Source: Actinomycetota bacterium (GTDB lineage Bacteria > Actinomycetota > Acidimicrobiia > Spongiisociales > UBA4744). From it: 64,000 bases of DNA. Position numbers and translations under genes: made by a program. The notes below the pieces were generated by a model that saw only the letters and a program-made list of their open reading frames with translations, searched no databases and was not told where the DNA came from. Each line of letters opens with the position of its first letter. Position 1 is the stretch's first letter. This document shows positions 10,381-22,225 of the stretch, piece by piece. The stretch lies in NCBI GenBank assembly GCA_013152275.1, contig JAADGS010000027.1, positions 1 through 64,000 on the forward strand, written 5' to 3'.

Positions 10381-10929
10381 TCATTCGTGCGTCCGAGCCT
10401 TGGTGGGATTCCGACGGTGCATGACCGCCTGCTCCGTTTCGATGAGCTCGTCGATCCAGGCGATATCCGCTTCGGCTCGATGCGCTCCTCGTTCGATCAA
10501 GGAGATCGTGTATCGGTCGATCCGTGCTCGTGTGCGGTTCATCGTCTCGTGCAACGATGCGCGAGCATCGCTGGCCCGATCGGCGAGGATCATGCGTCTC
10601 CGTTCGAGGAGTCTGAGCCGGGTCTCGGGGTCGACGTATCGAAAGAAGGCAACTCTGAGATTGAAGCTGCGATCGTCTTCGTTCTCGGTTGTACGTCCCT
10701 CGATGAGTTCGCGGAACCGAGCTTCTCCCGCCGCGGTGATCTGATAGACCCTCTTGCGCTCCTGTGAGTCGACCGCCTCGATGAGGCGGTGACGATCGAG
10801 GCGCCGGAGCGCCGGATAGAGCGAGCCGAACGACACCGAACGCAACCCGAGGTCCGCGAGACGGCGCCTGAGGTCGTACCCGTGGCGGGGTTCTTCTTTG
10901 AGAAAGCCGAGGATTGCGAGGTCGAGCAA
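10381..10929 (-). CDS. PadR family transcriptional regulator upstream of ino1
   Basis: [23 protein letters not shown]…[12 protein letters not shown]…[11 protein letters not shown]; PadR-ino1 pairing is conserved in actinobacteria. Confidence 0.9.
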   Translation of the reverse strand: MLDLAILGFLKEEPRHGYDLRRRLADLGLRSVSFGSLYPALRRLDRHRLIEAVDSQERKRVYQITAAGEARFRELIEGRTTENEDDRSFNLRVAFFRYVDPETRLRLLERRRMILADRASDARASLHETMNRTRARIDRYTISLIERGAHRAEADIAWIDELIETEQAVMHRRNPTKARTHE

Positions 10930-10938
10930 TGTGATTTC

Positions 10939-10957
10939 GTTATAGCGATTCGATATA
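10939..10957 (-). promoter_or_regulatory. Candidate PadR operator overlapping a -10 box
   Basis: Imperfect palindrome TATAGCG-ATT-CGATATA (10941-10957) overlapping minus-strand TATAAC, 9 nt before the TTG start. Confidence 0.55.
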
Positions 10958-11081
10958 GCTTGCCACCAAGACGGCGTCGTGTCCAGCGGGACGGGCAACC
11001 CGGGTGCCGAGGCGCCAGGTTTGACCTTGTTCACGATCCGTCACAGAATCGAACATTGCAGGGAGGTTCCGGATCCCCGAC

Positions 11082-11459
11082 GTGCTACTCACCGCCCATT
11101 CGATCGTACGCTGGTTCGTGCTGGCGGGACTCGGCGCGACGGCGCTCGCCGGGGTGACACTGACCCTCCGCAAGGAGGCATGGAGGCTCGGGTATGGCCG
11201 AATCGTTTCTGTCACACTCGGACTGATCGATCTTCAGGTGGCTCTGGGCTTGCTCGTGTGGATCACCAAGCAGGACCTCTCGATCTTCAGGGCCTACATC
11301 GATCCGATCGGAATGCTGGTGGCGGTCGCCGTGGCGCACACGGCTGCGGCGCGGGCAAAGAGGCAATCGGGCTATGCGGGTGCGGGTACCGTAGTCGCCG
11401 GTCTGATGGCGGCTTTTGCGATCGTCGTTCTCACGATTCCTCGTGCAGTGTGGTTTTGA
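11082..11459 (+). CDS. Hypothetical 4-TM membrane protein
   Basis: Four hydrophobic segments; GGAGG upstream; TTGA overlap with next gene. Confidence 0.7.
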   Translation: MLLTAHSIVRWFVLAGLGATALAGVTLTLRKEAWRLGYGRIVSVTLGLIDLQVALGLLVWITKQDLSIFRAYIDPIGMLVAVAVAHTAAARAKRQSGYAGAGTVVAGLMAAFAIVVLTIPRAVWF

Positions 11460-11869
11460 TCCGTCGCGTCGGACTCGTTCTCATCGTGTTCTTGATCGCG
11501 GGTTGTGCGACCAACCGATACGGCCCCTGGTACACGCCTTCCGGCAACCTCGTGTCGAACAGCATCGTGGTCGAGTTCCAGGGCTTCAAGGATTGCGGAA
11601 CCGACAAGGTGGTGTTCCTCAGGTTCCTTGGTCGCCAGTACGCCCACGATCCTCAAGGCCAACTCGGCACTTTGACCGCCGCCGACGGTACGGAGCTCAC
11701 GTACGCCGAACTCGACGGTCCGCCGGCAGGAGCCGAGGCAACCGGTGTCCGGCACAAAGATCAGGAGATCTGGAGGTCGTCGGCGGACATCGAGAACTAC
11801 TTGTATATCGTCTACGACAACGGGTATACGCAACGCTGGCCGAGGGCTGAGGTCCGATGCGAGCGATGA
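11456..11869 (+). CDS. Hypothetical lipoprotein
   Basis: MIRRVGLVLIVFLIAGC signal with lipobox IAGC; TTG start overlapping upstream stop. Confidence 0.7.
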   Translation: MIRRVGLVLIVFLIAGCATNRYGPWYTPSGNLVSNSIVVEFQGFKDCGTDKVVFLRFLGRQYAHDPQGQLGTLTAADGTELTYAELDGPPAGAEATGVRHKDQEIWRSSADIENYLYIVYDNGYTQRWPRAEVRCER

Positions 11870-12017
11870 TACGGGGGCCTGCAGGGCAGGCGGTGGCCGG
11901 CAAGAGCCCCCGGCTCGTCCCACGGTCTCGCCGTGACACCTGTCGCGACACGAGGTGAGGCTCCATGGCGAACGGTCGCGAACCGGTAACGTGTGACCGG
12001 CAAGACGAGGAGGGGAT

Positions 12018-12680
12018 GTGACCTTTGATCTGACCCGCCATGAGACGGTGTTCGTGTTGACGATGGACGCGGGAGACAATCGCTTCAACCGCAGGTCCTT
12101 GGAGCGCATCAACGACCTTCTCGATCAGGTCGAGAAGGTGGATGGTCCTGCGGCGCTGGTGACGACCGGAACCGGGAAGTTCTACTCGAACGGCCTCGAC
12201 CTCGATTGGGTGTTGAGCGGTGAGGCCGACATGTGTTTCGTGGATCTGGCCATGGCGACACAGCAACTCCTGGCGCGTACGCTGATCTTTCCGCGCCCCA
12301 CCGTGGCTGCGATCAACGGGCACTGCTTCGCGGCCGGTGCCATGTGGTCACTTGCACATGACTTTCGTGTGATGCGTGCCGACAGGGGGTTCTGGTCGAT
12401 GCCGGAAGTGGACATCAAGATACCGTTCACCGAGGGCATGGCCGCGTTGATTCAGGCACGGCTCTCGCCGCAGCAGGCCCACACGGCGATGACGACGGCG
12501 CGCCGCTACGGGGGAACGGAAGCGGCCGAAGCGAGGATCGTCGAACAGGCCGTGTCGGAGGATGACGTGCTTCCGACGGCGATCGAGATGGCCGCAACAC
12601 TCGCGAAGAAGGACACGGCAACACTGGGAGCGATCAAGCAGATCATGTATGCGCCCGTTGTCGAGGCGCTGACGGGATGA
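12018..12680 (+). CDS. Enoyl-CoA hydratase/isomerase family (delta3,delta2-enoyl-CoA isomerase-like)
   Basis: DNRFN, KFYSNGLDL, PTVAAINGHCFAAG, HDFRVMRADRGF…PEVDI. Confidence 0.88.
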   Translation: MTFDLTRHETVFVLTMDAGDNRFNRRSLERINDLLDQVEKVDGPAALVTTGTGKFYSNGLDLDWVLSGEADMCFVDLAMATQQLLARTLIFPRPTVAAINGHCFAAGAMWSLAHDFRVMRADRGFWSMPEVDIKIPFTEGMAALIQARLSPQQAHTAMTTARRYGGTEAAEARIVEQAVSEDDVLPTAIEMAATLAKKDTATLGAIKQIMYAPVVEALTG

Positions 12681-12790
12681 GGGAAGGCGCACGGCGGGGT
12701 CTCGACCCCGGGCGCGCGAGTACCGAATCGTCGGAGCCGAGCCGTCGGCGGTCGCCTCGACGTGCGGCCTCGAGTCGTGAGCCATGACTC

Positions 12791-13306
12791 CTACGTTCCG
12801 AGCGAGAACGCCGTGTGCGCGGTCCACGACACGTTGTCGGTGACCATGAGTGTCACGGTCCGGGCAACCGAGTCGAGCGGGAGGTATGGGGACACGTCGG
12901 CGACGATTCGCCGTGCGACGGCGTCATTCGAAGTGTGCGCGACGGTCACGTGGGGAATGATACGATCGAACTTGCCCTCGTAGGGCTTGGCGTCGGGCCA
13001 GTGTTGCACGAGCATCTCGGTGAGGTCGGCGAACGGCTCGCGGGGTTCCGGGACCAGATACACGACGTCCGGCCACCGACGTACCTCGGTCAGAGCGAAT
13101 GGGAACGGCCGGATGTTCCGAAACAGGTCACCGAGAGATCTCAGCGTCACCTCGTCGAGACGGTTCGGTGCAAGGAACGGATACAGCACGGTGACATGGG
13201 CGGGGACGCCGACCAGCGCAGCCGGATCCAGGAGGGTTCTCCAACGGCCGATCACGGGCTCGGCTTCGGGAACTTCGATCAGCAGCGCCGACTCGGTCAA
13301 CATCAC
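12791..13306 (-). CDS. 2'-5' RNA ligase family (2H phosphoesterase) protein
   Basis: Two HxT motifs: PAHVTVLYPF and PHVTVA. Confidence 0.85.
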   Translation of the reverse strand: MMLTESALLIEVPEAEPVIGRWRTLLDPAALVGVPAHVTVLYPFLAPNRLDEVTLRSLGDLFRNIRPFPFALTEVRRWPDVVYLVPEPREPFADLTEMLVQHWPDAKPYEGKFDRIIPHVTVAHTSNDAVARRIVADVSPYLPLDSVARTVTLMVTDNVSWTAHTAFSLGT

Positions 13307-13614
13307 TCACGCAGCAAGGTCAGCAGCATCACGGTCGGCTCGAGCGCGTAGACCGCATGGGTGAGGCCCGCCGGCAGGTACGTCCAGGAACCCGGCACGG
13401 CTTCAACGATGCTCGCCCCGAGGGTCAGGCGCGCCTTGCCGGAGATCACCTGGACGATCGCGGGCATCGAAGCGGTGTGATCGGTGAGTTCCTGATCGGC
13501 GTCGAATCCGAATACGACGACCCGGACACGATCGTTCTTGTACACAACCTTGCTGAGCGTCCCCTCATCCGGGATGTCGACGTTCAACGCGGGAAGAAAG
13601 GTGTAGTCGTCCAT
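13303..13614 (-). CDS. Cupin domain protein
   Basis: VVVFGFDADQELTDHTA…GSWTYLPAGLTHAV…MLLTLL; it is the C-terminal part of the long shadow ORF, with TACGGT -10 six nt before ATG. Confidence 0.85.
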   Translation of the reverse strand: MDDYTFLPALNVDIPDEGTLSKVVYKNDRVRVVVFGFDADQELTDHTASMPAIVQVISGKARLTLGASIVEAVPGSWTYLPAGLTHAVYALEPTVMLLTLLRE

Positions 13615-13767
13615 GAGGGAACCGTAGCGTCCAAGGGTTCGATAAGGCGGTAGGCTTGGTGCTCCCACCGGTCCGGGCGACCTGTCGAGGCGGCCGAGTC
13701 CAACACGTGGGTACGACATTCCGAACAGGTCCCCCAACCCGTCGTGGTGGGGAGAGAGGAGCCAGTC

Positions 13768-14604
13768 ATGGCAGGCAAGATCACCGTTCCGCACGTTCGG
13801 TCGCGCAAGGGCGGTGAGAAACTGGCCGTGGTGACCGCCTACGACACACCGACGGCGCGCATCGCCGACGCAGCGGGTGTCGACATGATTCTCGTGGGTG
13901 ACTCTCTTGCCAACGTCGTGTTGGGATACGAGGACACGCTGAGAGTCGACATGGACGTGATGGTCCACCACACTGCCGCGGTCGCGAGAGCCGGTACGAA
14001 CGCGCTCGTGATCGGGGACATGCCGTGGATGAGCTATCACGTGTCGATCGAGGATGCGGTCCGCAACGCAGGCCGCTTCATTCGCGAAGGCGGTGCCGGA
14101 GCGGTGAAGCTCGAGGGGGGACGCAAGAGAGTTCCTGTCGTCGAGGCGATCATCGACGCGGAGATCCCGGTAATGGGCCACCTGGGGCTGACTCCGCAGT
14201 CGGTGCACGCCATGGGCGGATACAAGGTACAGGGCAAGACGAGTGCTGCAGCCAGGGAACTGCTCGCAGACGCCCTCGCACTGGCCGAAGCGGGAGTGTT
14301 CTCGATGGTGCTCGAAGGGATCCCCGACCTGCTTGCCGAGATGGTCACCAAGGAGGTGCCGGTGCCGACGATCGGGATCGGTGCCGGCAACGACACCGAT
14401 GGACAAGTGCTCGTGTTTCACGATGTGCTCGGACTGAACACCGGACACCTCCCCAAGTTCGTTCGGCAGTACGCGAATCTGTATGGCGTCGCGGTCGATG
14501 CGCTGCGGCACTATGTCGCCGACGTACGATCCGGAGGGTTCCCGAGTGACGATGAGAGCTACCACATGGGTGAGCAGGCGGCGGCGGAGCTTCTGGGAAG
14601 ATGA
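13768..14604 (+). CDS. panB: 3-methyl-2-oxobutanoate hydroxymethyltransferase
   Basis: TAYD, ILVGDSL, DMPWMSY, AVKLEGG, GHLGLTPQS, PTIGIGAG, DGQVLV. Confidence 0.96.
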   Translation: MAGKITVPHVRSRKGGEKLAVVTAYDTPTARIADAAGVDMILVGDSLANVVLGYEDTLRVDMDVMVHHTAAVARAGTNALVIGDMPWMSYHVSIEDAVRNAGRFIREGGAGAVKLEGGRKRVPVVEAIIDAEIPVMGHLGLTPQSVHAMGGYKVQGKTSAAARELLADALALAEAGVFSMVLEGIPDLLAEMVTKEVPVPTIGIGAGNDTDGQVLVFHDVLGLNTGHLPKFVRQYANLYGVAVDALRHYVADVRSGGFPSDDESYHMGEQAAAELLGR

Positions 14605-15086
14605 AGCGGCTGGTCGTGGGGGTCGTGTTGTTGTTGCTGACAGCCGGTTGCGGCGTGGGAGGAGCGACGATCGTGGATCCGATGCCCGTCTCCACGTCCT
14701 CCGTTCCCCGAACGGAACCGTGGAACGGCTTCGAGACTCGACAGATCACTCTGAACGGGACGCCTCTCTTTGTCGCCGTGGCCTCGACGCGCGATGAGCG
14801 AGCCAAGGGGTTGAGTGGTGTCTCGAATCTGGACGGGATCGATGGCATGTTGTTCTTCTTCGAAGGGTCATCGACGGCGAGATTCTGGATGAAGGACACG
14901 CTGATCGATCTCGACATCGCGTTCTTCGACACTCTGGGTCGGCTCATCACGGTCAGAACGATGCCCGTATGCACGGAGGATCCGTGTCCCACGTACGGTT
15001 CCACCGGTCCGTACCGATGGGCCTTGGAGGTACCGGCGGGCCATGCTCTGACCGACCTGGCTCCGGGGTCGGTTCTGGTCCCTTGA
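14601..15086 (+). CDS. DUF192 domain lipoprotein
   Basis: Lipobox TAGC; VAST…ERAKGL…GMLFFF…FWMKDTLIDLDIAF…ALEVPAG. Confidence 0.88.
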   Translation: MKRLVVGVVLLLLTAGCGVGGATIVDPMPVSTSSVPRTEPWNGFETRQITLNGTPLFVAVASTRDERAKGLSGVSNLDGIDGMLFFFEGSSTARFWMKDTLIDLDIAFFDTLGRLITVRTMPVCTEDPCPTYGSTGPYRWALEVPAGHALTDLAPGSVLVP

Positions 15087-15302
15087 GAGGGCACCGACAT
15101 CTCGGATGCAGGGAACGCCACATCGTCGGCCACGATGCCGGACGCCTGCACGATCTGCGCCGCAGGAGCTGTTCCACAGGTGGAGTGCGCATCGCTTTGA
15201 TACGACGCTGCCACGAAGTCGGGAAAACCTCTTTGCGGTTCGGCTTTCAGGTACCGATCGAGGCGGTTACACTCCAACCGCTTCCCTCGGCGAATCGCCG
15301 AA

Positions 15303-15359
15303 CCCTGCTCCGTCGACCGGCGGGGCCTTCCGCGAAAGTGGATGTCCAAAGGAGGTGCA
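15303..15359 (+). promoter_or_regulatory. Candidate S6:S18 ribosomal-protein leader (rpsF autoregulatory element)
   Basis: CCCTGCTC…GGGGC…GTCCAAAGGAGGTG just before rpsF, matching the CCR-before-SD layout; TACACT -10 at 15268. Confidence 0.6.
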
Positions 15360-15647
15360 ATGCGAAGCTATGAATTGATGACCATTCATCGGCCCGAGTT
15401 GGCCGAGAGCGACTACCTGAAGCTCGTCGAGCAGACGGAGGAGTTTCTCCGCAGTCGCGGAGGAACCGTAGGCGAGCGGGATCTCTGGGGAAAACGTCGA
15501 TTTGCGTACGAGATCAATCACCTGCACGAGGGGTACTACTCGGTGCTTCACTTCGAGGCCGAACCGGATGTTGTGGATGATCTCGACCGGGTGCTGCTCC
15601 TCGCAGACCTGGTCGTGCGCCACAAGATCATTCGTCCCGAGAACTGA
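15360..15647 (+). CDS. rpsF: 30S ribosomal protein S6
   Basis: [12 protein letters not shown]…[10 protein letters not shown]…EGYY…VVRHKIIR. Confidence 0.96.
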   Translation: MRSYELMTIHRPELAESDYLKLVEQTEEFLRSRGGTVGERDLWGKRRFAYEINHLHEGYYSVLHFEAEPDVVDDLDRVLLLADLVVRHKIIRPEN

Positions 15648-15717
15648 TCGACTGTTTTCTGTCACACCCCCACGACAGGATGGGCGGTGGAGACCGGGCT
15701 GCAAAGGAGAGAGAATC

Positions 15718-16161
15718 ATGGCGACGAACACCGTGACGGTGATTGGCAACCTCGTCGAAGATCCGGAATTGCGCTTCACTCCCTCTGGTGTTGCGATGGC
15801 GAAGATTCGCGTAGCCGTGAATCGGCGTTGGAGGGACCAGGCCGGAGAGTGGCAAGAGCAGACGAGCTTCTTCGGTGGGACGCTGTGGCGAGAAGCGGCC
15901 GAGAATGCCGCCGAATCGTTGCAGAAGGGAGCGAGGGTGATCATCACCGGCAGTCTCGAGCAACGGCAGTGGGAAACCCAGGATGGGGAGAAGCGCTCGG
16001 TCGTGGAACTTCGCATCGAGGAAATCGGGCCTTCCCTGCGTTGGGCGACCGCTTCGGTCACAAAGACCGCACGCGACAGTGGCGACTGGGGCTCGTCACG
16101 TCCGGCGCCTGCCGCGCCCGTCGCCCGCAAGGACTACGAGCCCGACGAGGCCCCGTTTTAG
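15718..16161 (+). CDS. ssb: Single-stranded DNA-binding protein
   Basis: [19 protein letters not shown]…[11 protein letters not shown]…EIGPSLRWA; acidic C-terminal DEAPF. Confidence 0.97.
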   Translation: MATNTVTVIGNLVEDPELRFTPSGVAMAKIRVAVNRRWRDQAGEWQEQTSFFGGTLWREAAENAAESLQKGARVIITGSLEQRQWETQDGEKRSVVELRIEEIGPSLRWATASVTKTARDSGDWGSSRPAPAAPVARKDYEPDEAPF

Positions 16162-16170
16162 AGAGGACAT

Positions 16171-16434
16171 ATGGCACAGAGAGCCAAACCGAAGCGCCGC
16201 AGGCAGTCGCAGAGCAGCCTCCGGCAACGCAAGCCGAAACCCTGCTATTTCTGCAAAGAGAAGATCGACTACATCGACTACAAAGATGTGGCGGTTCTCC
16301 GCAACTACATGTCCGACCGCGCCAAGATCAGGGCTCGGCGGGTGACCGGCAACTGCACGCAACACCAGCGCAAAGTGGCACGCGCCATCCGCAACGCCCG
16401 TGAGATGGCGCTCCTTCCCTACATCAAGCGATGA
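16171..16434 (+). CDS. rpsR: 30S ribosomal protein S18 (Zn-binding C+ type)
   Basis: CYFC…IDYKD…[16 protein letters not shown]…AREMALLPY. Confidence 0.97.
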   Translation: MAQRAKPKRRRQSQSSLRQRKPKPCYFCKEKIDYIDYKDVAVLRNYMSDRAKIRARRVTGNCTQHQRKVARAIRNAREMALLPYIKR

Positions 16435-16877
16435 AGCTCATACTCACTTCCGAAGTTCCCGATCTGGGGGGAAAGGGTGATGTCGTCGAGGTTTCCGAAG
16501 GGTACGGGCGAAACTATCTACTTCCGAAGAACCTTGCGGTGAAAGCGACTCCCGGTGCCCTGAGCAATGCGGAGGCACTGCTCAGATCCCGGAGGGAGAC
16601 GGAACGGCGCTCATTCGAGGCTGCCGAGGCAGTCGCCAAGGCTCTGGTCGGCACTCGCGTCGTAGTGGCCGCTCGCGCCGGTGACGAGGGCAAGCTGTTC
16701 GGATCCGTGTCCACAGCCGACATCGTCGAGGGTGTAAAGAAATTCACAGGGATCGAACTGGACAAGAGCCACGTGTATCTCCCCGAGCCGATCAAGAGCA
16801 TCGGACTGTACGAAATACGGGTGAAGCTGCATCCGGACGTGGAGTTCCCCCTTTCTCTGGATGTGATCCCCGCGTAG
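16431..16877 (+). CDS. rplI: 50S ribosomal protein L9
   Basis: [32 protein letters not shown]…GKLFGSV…VKLHP. Confidence 0.97.
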   Translation: MKLILTSEVPDLGGKGDVVEVSEGYGRNYLLPKNLAVKATPGALSNAEALLRSRRETERRSFEAAEAVAKALVGTRVVVAARAGDEGKLFGSVSTADIVEGVKKFTGIELDKSHVYLPEPIKSIGLYEIRVKLHPDVEFPLSLDVIPA

Positions 16878-16884
16878 AGGTGAC

Positions 16885-18255
16885 ATGACCGATCTGGACC
16901 GAATGGCCCCTTCCCCGGCAGGCGGTGTGAGCCGCAGGCTCCGGGTCGCCCCACACAATCGAGAGGCAGAGGAATCCGTTCTGGGAGCGATCATGCTCTC
17001 GTCGGAGGCCGCGAACCTCGTAATGGACAAGCTGGACCCCGACGACTTCTACATCCCGGCACACCAGGCCATCTTCGAAGTGATCGTGGACCTCTACAAC
17101 GCCAACCAGCCGATCGATCCGTTGACGGTTTCGGATGCATTACACCGCAAAGGTGAGTTGGATCGGGTTGGCGGAGCGGGCTATCTGTCAGAGGTGATGG
17201 ACGCCGTGCCGACGGCATCCAACATCGAGTACTACGCGAGTATCGTCGAAGAGCACGGTCTTCGACGCCGCCTCATCAGCGCAGGAGGCATGCTTGGCGA
17301 TCTCGCCATCGCCACCGATGTCGCGATCACAGAAGTCCTGGATCGAGCCGAGCAGACCGTGTTCGCGGTGGCCGAGCGCCGAGTCGGAGACGGCCTCATG
17401 CCGATGAGCCCGCTGCTCCACAGCACACTCGAGACGATCGAGGAGATGGAGGCTCGGGGAACGGAACTCACGGGTCTGGCCACGGGGTTTCGCGATCTCG
17501 ACAGGAAGCTTGGAGGGCTCCAGCCGGCGAACCTCGTCATCGTGGCCGCGAGACCGGCGATGGGCAAGTCCGCTTTGGCGGCCAACATCGCGACCAACGT
17601 CGCACTCGAAGGGGGCACCGTCGCCTTGTTCTCCCTCGAGATGAGTCGCGAGGAAATCGTGCAGCGGCTGTTGTGCTCGATCGGGCGGGTCGACTCGATG
17701 AAACTTCGGACCGGCCAGCTCGGCCCTCAGTTATGGCAGAAGGTCGTCCATGCGGCATCGAAGATGTACCAGGTGCCCGTCTACATCGACGACTCCGGGC
17801 AGCTCACCGTCACCGACATCCGTGCGAAGTCCCGCAGACTGAAGCGGGCACACGGTCTCGACCTGGTGATCGTCGACTATCTGCAGCTCATGCAAGGCTC
17901 CAACCGCGAGAATCGGCAGCAAGAGATCGCAGAGATCAGCCGTTCGCTCAAGAACCTGGCCCGTGAGTTGGAGGTGCCGGTGATAGCGGTGTCGCAGCTG
18001 AACCGGGGCCTGGAATCTCGGGAAGACAAACGTCCCCGCCTCGGGGACCTTCGCGAATCGGGCGCCATCGAGCAGGACTCGGACCTCGTCATGTTCATCT
18101 ACCGCCATGAGTACTACCACCCGGAGGCACAGGAAACGAAGGGCCTCGCCGAGGTGATCGTCGCCAAACATCGGAGCGGGTCTACGGGCAAGGTGGACAT
18201 GACCTTCCTTCCCGAGTTCACACTCTTTGCCGACCTCGGCCGCGACGTCGTCTGA
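16885..18255 (+). CDS. dnaB: Replicative DNA helicase (no intein)
   Basis: PHNREAEESVLG, AARPAMGKS, FSLEMS, VDYLQLM, SQLNR, DLRESGAIEQDSD. Confidence 0.97.
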   Translation: MTDLDRMAPSPAGGVSRRLRVAPHNREAEESVLGAIMLSSEAANLVMDKLDPDDFYIPAHQAIFEVIVDLYNANQPIDPLTVSDALHRKGELDRVGGAGYLSEVMDAVPTASNIEYYASIVEEHGLRRRLISAGGMLGDLAIATDVAITEVLDRAEQTVFAVAERRVGDGLMPMSPLLHSTLETIEEMEARGTELTGLATGFRDLDRKLGGLQPANLVIVAARPAMGKSALAANIATNVALEGGTVALFSLEMSREEIVQRLLCSIGRVDSMKLRTGQLGPQLWQKVVHAASKMYQVPVYIDDSGQLTVTDIRAKSRRLKRAHGLDLVIVDYLQLMQGSNRENRQQEIAEISRSLKNLARELEVPVIAVSQLNRGLESREDKRPRLGDLRESGAIEQDSDLVMFIYRHEYYHPEAQETKGLAEVIVAKHRSGSTGKVDMTFLPEFTLFADLGRDVV

Positions 18256-18541
18256 GAGGCTTGCATCGCTGGCCGTGCCGGGTGCTTCGTAGTTGGTATC
18301 GGGCCTCAGATCGATGCAAGATCGCGGGGTGAGCGTCGCGGCTCCCGGCATCGGCTTCGAACGCCGCGAGAGGCGGTACACCGTCGTTGAGATGCGTGCC
18401 GTGTGTTGATCGACGGGCCCCTGGGACATTTGCGGGCGAGGCCTCGGATCGGACCGACGTGATCGCTTGGGACCTTCGGCGGATCCTGTAACCGCGTCGT
18501 CGGATAGTGTGGGGGAAACAACGAGATCATGAGGAGGATCC

Positions 18542-20941
18542 ATGGCTATAAGGATCAACCGGGCGGCAGTGCTGGGAGCAGGCGTCATGGGCCAGGGCAT
18601 CGCAGCCCACCTGGCCAACGTCGGAATACCCTCTTATCTCTTCGATATCGCACCGACCGAGCTGACCGATCAGGAGGTGAAGAAGGGTCTGACACTCGAA
18701 GATCGTGAAGTTCGCAACAGGATCTCGGCCGCCGGGTATACATCGATGATCAAGGCCAAACCGGCCTTGCTCTATCACAAGGACTTTGCACGATTCGTCA
18801 CGCCCTGCAACTACGAAGACGACGCCGACAAGCTGGGGGACGTGGACTGGATCATCGAAGCGGTTGTGGAGCGGCTCGACATCAAGCAGAAGGTCTTTGC
18901 GATGGTTGACGAACGACGCAAGCCGGGAAGCATCGTCTGCTCCAATACCTCTGGTCTCTCGGTTGCGGGGATGGTCGAAGGTCGCAGCGACGACTTTCGC
19001 AAGCACTTCCTCGTGACCCACTTCTTCAATCCGGTCAGATATATGCGCCTCCTCGAGCTGGTCCCCTGCGAGGACACCGACCCGGAATTGCTGGCCGACA
19101 TGGCCGCGTTCGGTGCGAACGTTCTCGGCAAGGGCATCGTCTACGGCAAGGACACTCCGAACTTCGTTGGAAACCGGATCGGCACCTTCGGCATGACGTC
19201 GGTATTCCACTGGATGAACGAGATGGGTGTTGGCGTTACCGAGGTCGACAAGATCTTTGGACCTGCAACAGGGCGTCCGAAATCAGCCGTGTTCCGAACC
19301 CTGGACGTCGTCGGTCTCGACACCATGGCCCATGTTGTGACCACGCTGGCGGAGTCTTCACCCGACGATCCGTGGCGTGAGCGATTCACCGTTCCGGACG
19401 CTCTCCGGAAACTGGTCGAAAGGGGCGATCTGGGGGAGAAGACAGGGGCCGGCTTCTACAAGAAGACTCGGGATGCGGAGGGAAAGCGCAAGATCCTCGT
19501 GCTGAACCTGGAAACCCTCGAGTATGAAGAACAGCCGAAAGTCCGGTTCGACTCCATTGCTGCAGCCAGGAAGTTCGAGACTGCGGCGGAGAGAATCCGT
19601 GAGATGGTCTGGTTCGATGACAAGGCAGGACGGCTCGCCTGGAAGGTCACGGCGGAGATGTGTATCTATTCCGCACAACTCCTGGGAGAGATCACAGACG
19701 ACATCGTCAATATGGATCGGGCCCTTCGGTGGGGCTTCAACTATGAACTTGGTCCATTCGAAACGTGGGATGCGATCGGTGTCGAACGGTCGGTTCGGCG
19801 TATGCGCGAGGAAGGCATGACGGTTCCCGGTGTTGTCGAAACGCTGCTCGCCAAGGGTGATGGAACCTGGTACGTGCGTCGTGACGGCACTCTGTACTTC
19901 TGGAATGTGTTCACCGAGGAGTACGTGCCGGTTCCAGGGTTGGAAGACATCATCACGATTGCCGATCTGGAGGTGCTCGACAGCAACGAAGGGGCCACGC
20001 TGTTCGACATGGGAGACGGTGTCGGCCTGCTCGAATTCCACACGAAGATGAACTCGATCGACGCGCAGGTCATCGAGATGATGGACAAGGCGTGTGATTG
20101 GGTGAACGAAGGCAGGCTCGTCGGCCTCGTGGTCGGCAACGAGGCTGTCAACTTCTCCGTCGGAGCGAACATCGGTCTGGTGGGGATGCTCGCCATGTCG
20201 AACATGTGGGACGAACTCGAGGGTGCGGTTGAGGGCATCCAGAATGCCTATATGAAGATGAAGTACTGTGAAGGGCCCGTCGTGGCCGCTCCAAGAGGTC
20301 TGGCGCTGGGCGGTGGATGCGAAGCCGTCATGCACAGCGATGTCGTTCGGGCGTTCGCCGAGACGTACATGGGTCTTGTGGAGCTGGGGGTGGGACTCAT
20401 CCCAGCGGGGGGTGGATGCAAGGAGATGGCGTTTCGGTACTACGGAAGCGTGCCGGTCGGCGTGGACACGAACATGTTCCCGTTCATGGAGAAGATCTTC
20501 AAGACGATCGGGATGGCCACCGTGTCCACGAGTGCCGAGGAAGCGCGCGACCTCGGGTACTTGCGTCCGATCGACAAGGTACACCTGAACTCCGATACTC
20601 TCCTCGCCGCCGCCAAGAAGGACGTTCTAGCGATGGTGGACACCGGGTACACGCCGCCGGCGCGGCGCACGGTCACCGTCCCCGGGAGGGATGGCGTTGC
20701 CGCCATCGAGATCGCGGCACACACGATGCGAGGCGGCGGCTACATCAGCGAGTATGACGAGCATCTGGCCAAGAGGCTTGCGTACGTGATCTGTGGTGGC
20801 GATGTCGCCCAGGGAACCGAACGGAGCGAGCAGGACTTCCTCGATCTTGAACGTGAGGTATTCCTGGAGCTGTGTCACGAAGACAAGACACTCGAACGGA
20901 TTCAGCACATGTTGGCTACCGGAAAACCGCTGCGGAACTAA
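18542..20941 (+). CDS. 3-hydroxyacyl-CoA dehydrogenase / enoyl-CoA hydratase fusion (FadN-like)
   Basis: VLGAGVMG, IEAVVE, SNTSG, HFFNPVRYM, C-terminal crotonase (FSVGAN, ALGGGCE, GLVELGVGLIPAGGG), ends GKPLRN. Confidence 0.93.
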   Translation: MAIRINRAAVLGAGVMGQGIAAHLANVGIPSYLFDIAPTELTDQEVKKGLTLEDREVRNRISAAGYTSMIKAKPALLYHKDFARFVTPCNYEDDADKLGDVDWIIEAVVERLDIKQKVFAMVDERRKPGSIVCSNTSGLSVAGMVEGRSDDFRKHFLVTHFFNPVRYMRLLELVPCEDTDPELLADMAAFGANVLGKGIVYGKDTPNFVGNRIGTFGMTSVFHWMNEMGVGVTEVDKIFGPATGRPKSAVFRTLDVVGLDTMAHVVTTLAESSPDDPWRERFTVPDALRKLVERGDLGEKTGAGFYKKTRDAEGKRKILVLNLETLEYEEQPKVRFDSIAAARKFETAAERIREMVWFDDKAGRLAWKVTAEMCIYSAQLLGEITDDIVNMDRALRWGFNYELGPFETWDAIGVERSVRRMREEGMTVPGVVETLLAKGDGTWYVRRDGTLYFWNVFTEEYVPVPGLEDIITIADLEVLDSNEGATLFDMGDGVGLLEFHTKMNSIDAQVIEMMDKACDWVNEGRLVGLVVGNEAVNFSVGANIGLVGMLAMSNMWDELEGAVEGIQNAYMKMKYCEGPVVAAPRGLALGGGCEAVMHSDVVRAFAETYMGLVELGVGLIPAGGGCKEMAFRYYGSVPVGVDTNMFPFMEKIFKTIGMATVSTSAEEARDLGYLRPIDKVHLNSDTLLAAAKKDVLAMVDTGYTPPARRTVTVPGRDGVAAIEIAAHTMRGGGYISEYDEHLAKRLAYVICGGDVAQGTERSEQDFLDLEREVFLELCHEDKTLERIQHMLATGKPLRN

Positions 20942-20955
20942 AGGAGCAAAGATAT

Positions 20956-22107
<1,152 letters not shown>

Positions 22108-22225
22108 ACCCTCTCTTTCTCGTCGATCCGGCCGTCGTTTCTTGCAGAGTCTTCGAGGTTTGCTCACAGGCCGCTTACATCGCAGCCACATCGTGAGAGC
22201 AGACGCAGAACCAAGGAGGTTGCAG

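Noticed and set aside
13620..13765. pan RNA motif upstream of panB
   Set aside because: Some GC stems are present, but I could not match the motif confidently; needs an Infernal search.
13615..14565. N-terminal part of the 420-aa minus-strand ORF
   Set aside because: Antisense shadow of panB; only the last 103 codons (cupin) look real.
15170..15178. DnaA box (TGTTCCACA)
   Set aside because: Single copy with two mismatches; no cluster.
16885..18255. Intein in DnaB
   Set aside because: 456 aa with contiguous motifs at the usual insertion sites.
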